From contig CM059432.1 in NCBI GenBank assembly GCA_030390025.1, positions 76,448,001-76,512,000 of the forward strand: 64,000 nt of DNA, given 5' to 3'. Origin of the DNA: Squalus acanthias. Lineage: Eukaryota. The notes beneath the pieces are model-generated. The model worked only from the letters and a program-made list of their open reading frames with translations. It did not search any database and was not told where the DNA came from. Numbering within the stretch: position 1 is the stretch's first letter; every line of letters starts with the position of its first letter. Position numbers and translations under genes: made by a program. Below are positions 26,672 through 37,609 of this stretch, piece by piece.

Positions 26672-27299
26672 ACCCTGATAAACTCTTTCAAAAAGGGACA
26701 ACACCTGGCAAAATTTAACCAGAACTTACCACGGGACATTCAACATCACTTTCCCATACTTTTTCCTGGCTTTAAACAATTTTCTGCATTTTAAATGTTT
26801 TTATCTCATATTTTTGTTTCACCGGGGGCCTAAAAATTGTTTGCTTTAGCCTCCTTCCAGCAGCCATTGTACATGTGCTATGCCTTCACCTGTGTTGTTC
26901 CAAAGTGCAGCCGTCGTTCAGTCCCCGGGAATGGACTACACGCGTCTCCACAGAAAAAAATTACTGACAGAATCCTGAGACAACGCTCGCTGGGTTCCAG
27001 GGCTCTGTATCTTAGCAAATGCTGTTCAAATTTGGATCGGCTCTGAGGTCACAAACGACTCCGAGTGAGGATTCCCGGGCCGGGCCTAGAAATTGCCCTA
27101 TGCCTGCTTGCATCAACCGTAAATAGCCCAACTCTGCACCAGCGATTGCTTTTTCATGGCACAATAACACAAGGGCGCCATGGTACAGTGGGCTTGTTGG
27201 ATCAATCGGACACTGTCTTTCACATCCAGGACCTGAGCTTCATTCATAAGCCAGTCATACCCAGCACTGGATGGTGCAATCTACTTTCAAGTGTATAAA

Positions 27300-27905
27300 C
27301 CTTAAAACGCCTTAGCTACCCAGATAGGTTTAAATAGCTGGCTATATATACTTTAAAGAAACACAAAGTTATGGGCAATTTGATCAATAAAATAATGAAG
27401 GGACGAGATTGTGTCCATGCTGATTAATTAGGTAGGTTGGGAAGGACCAGGGGTTACACTGAAAAGTTACACAAGGGTAGAACTAGGTTAGATGTTAGAA
27501 GGTTCTTCTTTTCCCAGAGAATAGTAGATCTCTGGAACAAGTTGCCTGCTTGTGCAGTGAGTCCTCTTTTGCTGTATACCTTCAAAAGAGAGCTGGACCA
27601 CTCCCTGGCTAGGACAGATATCACGTCAAACAAGAGGTAGGTACCAAGTAACGTAAGTTGTGACCAATGTGGTCTCCTACACTAGTTTCAATCGCCTTGG
27701 GGGAAGGGTCGGAGATGAATTTTCCAGATTTTTTTCCCTAATTGCCTTTGGATTTTTATTTGGGTTTTAACCTCTCCCAGGAGATTATATGGACCTGTGT
27801 GGGTAGGGAATGGTGTAATCATGAAGCATAAGGCATCATGACTGTATGGGACAAACTGGATGGATTAGCTGGTCTTTTCCTGTCTGTCATTTTGTATATG
27901 CTCGT
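27300..27905 (+). mobile_element. CR1 LINE 3' fragment
   Basis: GRTRGYTEKLHKGRTRLDVRRFFFSQRIVDLWNKLP..FKRELD C-terminus followed by a long 3' UTR. Confidence 0.85.
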
Positions 27906-27915
27906 ATTTAACAGG

Positions 27916-28575
27916 CTAGAGCGGATTATGGTCAGGATAATAGACAGACTGGAGTGGATTATAGACAGGATAATTCACAGATTGGAATGGATTATGGACA
28001 GGATAATTCACAGATTGGAGTGGATTATGGACAGGATAATTCACAGATTGGAGTGGATTATGGACAGGATAATTCACAGATTGGAGTGGATTATGGACAG
28101 GATAATACACAGACTGGAGTGGATTAAGGACAGGATAATTCACAGATTGGAGTGGATTATGGACAGGATAATACACAGACTGGAGTGGATTATGGACAGG
28201 ATAATTCACAAATTGGAGTGGATTATGGACAGATAATACACAGACGAGTGGATTATGGACAGGATAATTCACAGATTGGAGTGGATTATGGACAGGATAA
28301 TACACAGACTGGAGTAGATTATGGACAGGATAATTCACAGATTGGAGTGGATTATGGATAGGATAATTCACAGACTGGAGTGGATCATGGACAGGATAAT
28401 ACACAGATTGGAGTGGATCATGGACAGGATAATATACAGATTGGAGTGGATTATGGACAGGATAATTCACAGATTGGAGTGGATCATGGACAGGATAATT
28501 CACAGATTGGAGTGGATCATGGACAGGATAATTCACAGATTGGAGTGGATCATGGACAGGATAATATACAGACTG
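27916..28575. repeat. 33-bp minisatellite, about 20 units (GAGTGGATTATGGACAGGATAATTCACAGATTG)
   Basis: Directly visible tandem array. It produces the repetitive ORFs LEWIMDRIIHR, GVDYGQDNSQI and VHNPLQSVNYP. Confidence 0.97.
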
Positions 28576-29147
28576 AAGTATGTTTCACACAGTATAACGC
28601 GTGAGCTTCAAGGTTCTGAGAAGATTTTTAGGGATTTGTTTTCTGTTTTCAGCCCATATATTTTCATGACTGAATACAGTGATGACATTAGAGGGGAGGG
28701 GATGAGGGTACAAATTATCTTACTTTGCTTGCCAGTAAAAAGAAAGACACGGGTGAGTCTACCTGTCTCAGATTTCTAGCTGTCAGGTCAAGGCGCCAGA
28801 GACTTCACTGGTTTGTTTTGGAGGAGTGTGTATCGAAGTGATCAGTGATGAATTGACAGAACCGAGTCGCAGGTTGGACATTTCAGTACAGTAATAAATA
28901 ATAATGTCCACACGAGGTGGGTACGAGTGAGGCTCTCGAGTACCTTGCACCTGGTAGTTCCCCTCCAGGCCTAGGTTTGCCTCTGCCTCACTCTCACATC
29001 CTTCCTTCATTTCCTACCCAAACAGAAGAACGATGACGAGCGCACAGCGTGCAGAGATGAAGGCAAGCTGATCTGCTGCCCTCATCACCATGGGAGCCGG
29101 CTGAGCATTTTCGAGGCCAGGGATCTCCAAGATGAACTAAGTTGATC

Positions 29148-29222
29148 CGATGCGGGTAGGGTCCAAACCTGCGCGGTGAGTTAGGATTCCAATCAACACC
29201 TTTACCACTCGGCCACCACAGC
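29148..29222 (-). pseudogene. tRNA-Ser-derived sequence (pseudogene or SINE head)
   Basis: Minus strand GCTGTGGTGGCCGAGTGGTAAAGGTGTTGATTGGAATCCTAACTCACCGCGCAGGTTTGGACCCTACCCGCATCG aligns with vertebrate tRNA-Ser (GCTGTGATGGCCGAGTGGTTAAGG...CCGCGCAGGTTCGAATCCTGCTCACAGCG). A box is intact; anticodon arm and B box are degraded. Confidence 0.75.
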
Positions 29223-29723
29223 TGCTGGGAGCTGGCTCAGCTCGGCTCCTCTACAGCTTCTGCCTGCAGCATGTGGAACTTCCCAGAGGACGACACAACC
29301 AACACGTCACCCACTCTCTCATCATGTCGCCACTGCCCCAACTCTTTTGTTCATTTCCAATTGGGTTCGGCTCTGAGGCCACAAGGCTCGCAAATGACTC
29401 TCTCTGCATTCTGGGCCATTGTGTATTGGGCCATTCCCCCGCTCTCCAGCTGTCCGGCTTTCCAGCTCTCTGCGCGGTCTTGGAATTGAAGTGCACGGGA
29501 GCTCAGGGATCTGCGCACCCGTGCACCTTCGAGGGAACAGAGTTTGAGACTCATCTTATATAAATGTTGCTTTCTGAAATTAATTGACAGAAATGTTTGT
29601 GATTAACAGCATGGTTGGCCATTAACAGAGCAGGCTGCTTGCAAGCCCTACCCCTCCAATCCACTTTCCAAGAGGTGCCAAAATTGCTGACTGAATTTTG
29701 CTGTTTGAAAGTACAAATATATT

Positions 29724-31606
29724 GGCTGTGAAATTGGGAGCTTTAGCGCCGGCCGTTAAGGCCGGTTTTGCAAAATAAATGGCAGCCACCTCGCTTCTGC
29801 CCACTTCCGGCGCAGAACGCAGGTCGGCAGCGCTGCCGTTACCTGCACTTGCTGCCCATATTTAATAAATGCAGATCATGACATCAATCAGCGTGCAACG
29901 CCTGAATTGATGCACGATCTGCGATTTTCGATGTCGCTGCTCTTGATATTGCTCTCTCCAAACCACGCACGGAAGAACATGCATGCGGCAGTACAACAGA
30001 GACGCTGCCAGCGCTTCTTAAAGGGACACACACAACTTTCAGGTAAGTTTAGATTTTTGCTTTTGGACTTTTTTTTAAACATTTTATTGGAGTAGTGGCT
30101 TAGTGCAATACATTTAAAAAGTTGGTAAAGTGTGCAGGGAGTGCTGCTGGACATTTGCAAGACTTTGGCTGTTAAAGGAAGGCCTCCGAGAAGACCACTT
30201 TCTCCCAGTCCTGGGGGCTCTAGTTGCAGTCCCCCTTGCAGCATCACATGGAGAAGGAGCAGAGGTAGCAAAGGGGACAAGCTGCTCGCAGAGGGAGAAG
30301 GAATCAGAAGAGGAGGAAGCAGAAGAGGAAAAAGCAGAAGGAAAGAAGCAATCCAGACAGCCCCTTTCTGGCCGGGATATCCGGGATGGAATCATTGGCT
30401 TGTGGTACCAGTGACCACAACCCCAATTCCCCTTTCGACATTTGTCCCACACCTTACCTTCCCTCTGTTACTGACCGTTACAGCATCCTCTTGGCCACAA
30501 TGCTGAAATAAAAGCCACCACAAAGCAAACTTTATCCATATATGTATCCAATATTACATCAAAAAATCAACTAATCAGCCTTGTGCATTCCCTTAGTGAC
30601 TGTCTTGTGTGTGCCTTTGCCTATCCTAGTGAGGGACACTGCAGATGGCCTTACAGGATGACCTCAAAGGTAGTGGCTGGGAGTGTGAAATTGAGCCTCC
30701 TCCTCCTCCTCCTGCTGAGGGGGGGTTAAAGCAAGAGGTGCATGCTTACACAATGTGCAGCTTGTAAATCAGAAGAGATTGTGGGATGAGGGGGAAGTTG
30801 GATGTGAGAAGGAGGATAACATATGAGGATACTGGCATCTTGTATTCTTAAAGACCCAGCACTGTTTCCACCAAGGGGGTGAGGTGAAGCTAGGAATGTG
30901 AGGTGTGCCTCGTGTTTGGTACAGATTGTTGGTAGGTGAGTGGTGGAGGTCGTATATTGAGCAGTGTGTGAGGCTAGTGGTGCAATTGGTAGGAGACAGC
31001 TTTTGAAGATGCATTCACTGACCTTGATCACTGGTATGAGGTCATGAAACGTAGTTGGGCATTGGAGCCAAGTCGTGGGGGTGACACTGCTGGCAGTGAC
31101 GGCCTCAGTGATCTGGTCCCACATCGTTCTTTCTGGAGGGCCTCCTGTCCCCTGTGGGTAGAGGACCTCTCTTCCAGTGTTGACCCCCTGCACAAAGCTG
31201 GAGTGCTGCGTCCGAGACCCTGGGTGCCCCTGCCCTGGCCTGTTGAGCCATTTGTGTTAGTGCTAAGCATTTTAGCATTTTTTATGTGCAGAAGGCAAAT
31301 CAGCTTTAAGAGCTGTAGACTGCTTAGTTCTGAAGGATTTTTAATTGTTTCTATGTGCAGAAGGCAGTTCAGCTTTAAGAGCTGCAGACTGCCTTGAAGA
31401 GGAGCAGGCTAGGTTGAAGTAAAGCCAGCCTCGCTCCAGCGACGCGAACTTGGGCCCCTTGCTGAGCATGTCAGCAGTGCGTTCCTCGCTAGCCTGTGCA
31501 CGCCTATCATGTTAATTAACAGGCAGCACCAAATTGACATGCTGAACGGGTGCGATCATGTCTCGCATCATGGTGCCCCTTTTTTTGTGCTATTGAATTT
31601 CACCCC
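29724..31606 (+). mobile_element. Internally deleted Harbinger related to element 1
   Basis: Ends ggctgtgaaatt / aatttcacccc. Retains the acidic transposase tail (EEEEAEEE..QPLSGR) and Myb exon 1 on - strand (REVLYPQG..WDQITEAV..TTWLQC..FHDL..VIK|gtcagt). Transposase core is missing. Confidence 0.8.
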
Positions 31607-31664
31607 ATTATATTAAACCAGCCAACTGTTTACTGTTCCAGAGAGGCAGAAACAAACACACAGA

Positions 31665-33443
31665 GGGCTGGATTTTTCCAACCTTGGCGGGTCTGTGGCG
31701 GGCGCATCCATGGCATGTGGGGACCTCGCATCTGTCTCAATTCTGGCCTCCAACAAAATTTTCCATTGATGGGGTTTATTAAGCCTGCCCTGCAAGGTTG
31801 CCGGCCAATTAATAGGAAGCGGGTCTGATGATGTCACTTGATGGCGCGTCATCAGCCGGTTTCCTTAAAGGGACCATGTCCACAATCATTTTGACAGTTG
31901 TGCTGTCAGTGTTCTACAGCTTTGACTGACAAGCACTGCACAAAGGTGCACGGTTGCACCCAGGCTCTCCCATTACTCCCTCCATATGCTTATGGAGGGA
32001 GTCATAGCACGCAAGGAGGTTCTCTTCCCTTCCCATGGATGGATACACCTCCCCAGGAGACCAACGCAGCCTGGTTGCACATTGCACAGGAGGACACAAG
32101 CAGGGATGTCGTCAGGAGGACCAGGCTGCAGTAGTGCAAACCTTTCAATGATCTCAGTAGATCACGAAACGTTACTGCAAAGCCACACTCAACCTCATCC
32201 TTCTGTGCCACTCATCACATCCCCATCACTCTGCCTTCCCTACCCTACTCCTGCACATCCTTACACCAACTTACCTTACACCTCCACCCATCCCTCTCTA
32301 TCTACGTTATCACTTCCCTTTCCCCATCTCACTAGCCACCCCTCACACTCACCCTCATCCTTGTCCAATCATTCAAACTAACAACACACAAGGGTAGGCA
32401 CTTGTGTGCTTTAGCCAATGTTCATGTAAAGTTTCTGTTAATGTGTTGTCAAGCATTGAAATCTTTATTTTCAACACTTTGCCTTCTTGGACAGATTTGT
32501 GTGCACCTTTGGAAGAGTCTTAGTGAGTTCCAGTGAATGGTGAGACATAACGTCCACCCCCCCCCCCCCCCCCCACCCCTCAATGGTAATAATTGTGAAA
32601 GGAATGGCTTGGGCATTGTAGGGATGCTTTATGGTGTTGGTGTGTGGTGGCGCCAACCTGGTGCATCATGTGGCAGCCAGGGTGTACAGTGTTAAGTTAA
32701 GTAAATCTGGACATGGTGAGGCCATAGCTGGTGTCCCGGGCAGCAATGTGCACGGGTGATGATGCTCTGTGTCCTGTGCAGCATCAGTTGATTGCGGAGA
32801 AGGCTGGTGTGGATGTTGGTGCTGCTGGTGTGCCCGGTGATGCTGGTGTTGGGGCCGATCGTGTTGGAATTCTGAGGACCAAGGTGAGATTTTTTCAAGG
32901 GCTCCGATGTTGGTGGAATAGATGGCAGGTGAGGTTGAGATGACAGAAGTGATCTGCCAATGGTGAGAGAGGTTGCTCCAAGGAGGTGACACTAGATAGA
33001 GAGTTTGCTCCAAACACTTGCAAGCTGCATAAAGTTCAATCTGTCTTCCATATGCAGTAAGTAACAGCTTCTAACCTTGGAAAGTGAAGACCTATGAAAT
33101 GGGAGCTTTGATAGAATATTTGCAGCTGTCAGGTTAGTAAATCATTCCATGCTGACACAACACCCGACATACTTACCTGACGTGATACCCGCTCTCCAGG
33201 AACCTCGTTAAAAACCTGGTAAAATGGTAACTATATGGGAAAATGATTCTTAACTACCTTTTAACTATCTAAATTGGCTGACCCGCCGCTTGGTGTCGGG
33301 TCTGTTCAGGGATGACAGACCCAACACTTGGGAAACTGACAAGGTGGATTTACAGCGGGATACCGACCCGCTGTCAATCTTTGTGATTTTGACAGCAGAC
33401 CCGCCTCCAAACCCGCACTCTGAGCGCTGGTAAAATTCCGGCC
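31665..33443 (-). mobile_element. Internally deleted Harbinger of the element 2 family, inverted
   Basis: Ends gggctggattttt / aaaattccggcc. Right end is the reverse complement of the 54661 subterminal. Myb exon-1 remnant on + strand (LMEGVIARKEVLFP, about 31945-32160) and transposase N-terminal remnant on - strand (32660-32900). Confidence 0.78.
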
Positions 33444-33897
33444 AGAGAGTGAAATCTGTATATTGATTGATGCAGTTGTATTTATTTATCTAAGGACTAC
33501 AGTGTTTTCTAGGAGGCAATCAGAAAACACTTACTTCAACGTTTGCAGAGATTTTTTAGAAGCTTACATGCCAGCACTATCAGACATCGCTTCCCCTCCC
33601 TCACCCAGTGCTGTCAGACCTCTGCTCACCCACCCCTTCTGTGCTGACAGATCCAGAAATTCACTAATGAGCCAAGACCCACATTCCAACCTCCCAGCTC
33701 CCCCTCTATAATATTGCCAATCCACAAGATTCCACTATGCTGACAAACTCCAGCACCCCAGTTCAGCAAGCCCCCAGCAGTGATGCTAAACCTGAGAACT
33801 ACCTGCCTCCCTCAGTGCTATCAAACCTCAGGGCTGCCCCAGTGATGCTAAACCCCACGACCCCCTCCCTCTCCCCAGCACTGCTAAACACCAGTAC

Positions 33898-34043
33898 CAG
33901 GAATTTCATGGGGCCTTCTCCCATGTGGCCACCAAGTTGCGGTGGAAGATCCGCAAAAAGCCGATAGACACGTAAATGGGGTTTCTCCTGATCTTCTGCT
34001 CAAGTTACGGCAGCCGCTCAGGGAACTGCCGAGGAAATTCCCC
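33898..34043. mobile_element. Possible small palindromic MITE
   Basis: aggaatttc ... gaaattcccc ends with internal imperfect inverted arms (gaagatc/gatcttc). Confidence 0.35.
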
Positions 34044-35399
34044 ACATAGGTACCTGTCTCCAACCTGGTATATCATGCATACCATCCTGCTGTGTAGACA
34101 AATGTGTAGCCTCTCATTTATGGTTTTCAGGAAATAATGAACAGACTCCCATAGCAACGGTAAGAATCTCAGGTTACTATGTAATAAAAACAGAATTTGA
34201 CTTATGATGCTCCTGTGAAGCACCTTGGAACATTTTACTTAATTAAAGGCGCAATATAAATGCAAGTTGCTGTTGTTATTCAATGCCGTAAATTAGTGGC
34301 CCTTATAATACATTGTTATGATTTTGTGTTTTTAAGCTAGATATTTTCTCAGTTTCAGCAGCACCAGTCACTCCTGTAAGCGAAACTTGTGTCCCTTACG
34401 ATTCAGAGTGTACCCTTTTCTGCCCAGTGTATAGGTAAGCAAAAGTCACACAGGGGATCGGAACAGAAAACCCTTATGCTGTACATCAGCTATTGGATGC
34501 ATCACATTCCACTGCATGAGTCTCATCTCTTCAACAAGTGGATTGAATGTATACACTTACCAGACTCAGGCTCTTAACAAACAAATTGCTTTATTTAAAT
34601 AGGACAGGCAAATGAACAATAAACAGCTTAAAACAGTGAATGATAGATCCAACTATCCTCCTTGATCTATCAAATAATAAATGCACCACTCACTTTCTCC
34701 TTGAAGTTAGACTTTAAAACATAACTTACTTCTTACACCGTTGAATAGCTGTAGTTTGAAAACTAACATAACATATGAAACTGGCGGGCAAGGAAAAGAC
34801 CAGCTGGTCCATCAAGCCTGCCCCACATTCATGATGCCTGGAGCATCATTAGACACTTCCTACCCCCCAGCAGCCAGGGAATCTGGAAAATTCCTCTTCG
34901 ACCCCCTCAGGCGCTCGAAACCAGTCTGGTAGATCACATTGACCATGCTTATGTTAACTGATAAATCGCTTACCTTTTATACGAAGTGATCTCTACCCCA
35001 GCCAAGAACAGGTCTGCCTCTCTTTTGAGGCGTGCAGAGAGTCAGCACCCACCGCACGAGCCAGCAATTTATTCCATAGGTCCTCTACTCTCTGGGAAAA
35101 GAAGAATTGCCTATTCCTACTCTTGTGTAGCTTAAATGCATGATCCCAGGTCCTCCCCAATATGACTAACTAAAATAATCTATCAGTGGGTATGCAATCC
35201 AGCCCTTTTATTATTTTATAGACCTCTACCAGGTCACCTCTAAGTCTACACTGCTCTAAAGTAAATAGACCCAGCTCTTCAAGCCTATCTGAATAACTAA
35301 GGTCTTTAAGCTGCAATCAGACTTGTGGTTCTCCTCTGAACCTTTTTCAAGGCCACTATATAACCCACCATGTGAGGGGACCAAAACTGGATGCGGTAC

Positions 35400-35840
35400 G
35401 GCAGCAGGACTATTAATTCAGAGGCCTGGACTAATGATCTGGAGACGTGCGTTCAAATCCCTACCACGGCAGCTGGGGAATTTAAATTCAGTTAATTAAA
35501 TAAATCTGGAATAAAAAGCTAGTATCAGTAATGGTGACCATGAAACTACTGGATTGTTGTAAAAACCCATCTGGTTCACTAATGTCCTTTAGAGAAGGAA
35601 ATCTGCCGTCCTTACCTGGTCTGGCCTATATGTGACTCCAGACCCACAGCAATGTGGCTGACTCTTAACAGCCCTCTGAAATGGCCTAGCAAGCCACTCA
35701 GTTGTACCAAACAACTACAAAGAAGATGGACTGCAGCGGTTCAAGAAGGTGGCTCACCACCACCTTCTCAAGGGCAATTAGGAATAAGCAATAAATGCTG
35801 GCCTTGCCAACGACACCCACATCCCACGAACGAATAAAAC
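35400..35840 (+). mobile_element. tRNA-derived SINE (5'-truncated) sharing its 3' tail with the LINE at 37610-39518
   Basis: B box gttcaaatcc at about 35451 and tail gactgcagcggttcaagaaggtggctcaccaccaccttctcaagggcaattagg...caataaatgctggccttgcc...cccacatcc. Confidence 0.8.
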
Positions 35841-35929
35841 AAAAGCGGTCTAACCAAGGACCTGTATAATGATGGAATGGGGTCCTTTGACTTATATTGA
35901 ATGGTTCTATTAATACAATACAATACCTT

Positions 35930-36178
35930 GTTTGCTGCCTAGGCCCTAAGCTCTGGAACTCTCTCCCTAAACCTCTCTGCCTCTCAAGCTCTCTCTCCTC
36001 CTTTAGCACACTCCTTAAAACCTACTTCTTTGACCAAGCCTTTGGTCACCTGTCCTAATATCTCCTTATGTTAGTTGGTGTCAAATTTTGTTTGATAATC
36101 GCTCCTGTAAAGCACCTTGGGGCGTTTTACTATGTTAAAGGTGCTATATAAATACAAGTTGTTGTTTGTTGTTGTTGC
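35930..36178 (+). mobile_element. L2-type LINE 3' end
   Basis: ccctaagctctggaactctctccct...cttaaaacctacttcttt (PKLWNSLP..LKTYFF) and tail tgtaaagcaccttgggg...aaaggtgctatataaatacaagttgttg. A shorter copy lies at about 34200-34280. Confidence 0.75.
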
Positions 36179-36473
36179 TTTGGCTACAGCTTCTCTGCAT
36201 TGGTCACGAACCTTGATCTGTGCACAATAACACTTAGATCTTTTTCTCTCTCGATCGCTTTTAGTATTGTTCCCTGTAAAGGGTAAGTATATTCTGTATT
36301 GGCCCTGCTTACTTGCATCACACTGCATTTGTCTAGGTTAAATGCCATTTGCCATTGTTTGGCCCATTCCCGCAGCGCATCCAAATCTTTTTGCAGAAGA
36401 TTCTACTTCTCTACAGTCTCAACATCCGGATATATTTTTGTATCCTCTGCAAACTTACTAACCAACCCCCTAT

Positions 36474-37522
36474 CGGAGGTGCCGTCTTTCACATGAGATG
36501 TTAAACCGAGGCCCCATCTTCCCTCTCAGGTGGACGTAAAAGATCCCATGGCACTATTCAAAAAAGAGCATGGGAGTTCTCCTGGTGTCCTGGCCAACAT
36601 TTATCCCTAAACCAATATAACTAAAACAGATAATTTAAGTATATAAGACCATAAGAACATAAGAATTAGGAACAGGAGTAGGCTATTTGGCCCTTCGAGC
36701 CTGCTCGGCCATTTAATAAGATCGTGGCTGATCTTCTACCTCAACTCCACCTTCCCGCACTATCCCCATATTCCTTAGTATCCAAAAATATATCGATCTC
36801 TGTCTTGAATATACTCAATGACAGAGCATCCACAGCCCTCTGGGGTAGAGAATTCCAAAAGATTCCCAACCCTTTGAGTGAAGAAATTTCTCCTCATATC
36901 AGTCCTAAATGGCGACCCCTTATTCTGAGACTGTGACTCACAGTTCTAGACTCCCCAGCCAGGGGAAACAACCTCCCAGTATCTACCCTGTCAAGCTCAT
37001 AAATAATTTTATATGTTTCAATGGGATCATCTCTCATTCTTCTAAACTCTAGGGAATATAGGCCTAGTCTATTCAATCTCTCCTCATAGGGCAATCCCCT
37101 CATTCCAGGAATCAGTCTAGTGAACCTTCGCTGCATATCCTTCCTTAGGTAAGGAGACCAAAACTGTATGCAGTACTCTAAGGCCCTGTACAACTCTAGT
37201 AAGACTGCCCTACTCTAATACTCCAATCCTTTTGTAATAAAGGCTAACATACCATTTGCTTTCCTAATTGCTGGCTGTACCTGCATGTTAACTTTCTGTG
37301 ATTCATGTACAAGGACATCCAGGTCACTCTGATTAACAACTTTGGTTAATTTGGTCTTTATCTCATTGCTGTTTGTGGGACCTTGATGTGTGTAAATTTG
37401 CTACCGCATTTCCTACATTACAACAGTTACTAAACTTCAAAATGTACTTCATTGGCTGTAAAGCACTTTGGGACATCCTGAGGTCGTGAAGGGCGCATAT
37501 AGATGCAAGTCTTTCTTCTTTT
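36474..37522 (+). mobile_element. Deu-SINE (SacSINE1-like) split by a CR1 insertion
   Basis: Deu-like core ggaggtgccgtctttc..atgagatgttaaaccgaggcccc..aaagatcccatggcacta..gtgtcctggccaa resumes at about 37348 (cattgctgtttgtggga...tgtaaagcactttgggacatcctgagg..gcaagtctttc). Confidence 0.8.
36645..37340 (-). mobile_element. CR1 LINE 3' fragment
   Basis: LEYCIQFWSPYLRKD..QRRFTRLIPGMRGLPYEERLNRLGLYSLEFRRMR, with (cataagaa)n tail at 36650. Confidence 0.9.
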
Positions 37523-37609
37523 TTCTTTAATTCCACATATGACGTTTGCTGGAGTCTTGTTACTCATTTTTTTTAAATTTTGTTCTTGGGATGTGGACAA
37601 TGGTGACAA

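Larger units (their letters stand above)
34770..36470 (-). mobile_element. CR1 LINE fragment interrupted by a SINE and an L2-type tail
   Basis: LREWAKQWQMAFNLDKCSVM..Y.LQG..EREKDL (36184-36384) continues through 35845-35930 and 34770-35395 to a 3' UTR like that at 27640-27905. Confidence 0.75.

Noticed and set aside
27838..28779. Long repetitive ORFs (206, 152 and 132 aa) and CRISPR-like periodicity
   Set aside because: They are by-products of a 33-bp unit divisible by three. Units are contiguous with no unique spacers, and the DNA is vertebrate.
29148..29222. Functional tRNA gene
   Set aside because: The anticodon and variable arms are shortened, and the T-loop/B box reads GGTTTGGACCC instead of GGTTCGAATCC.
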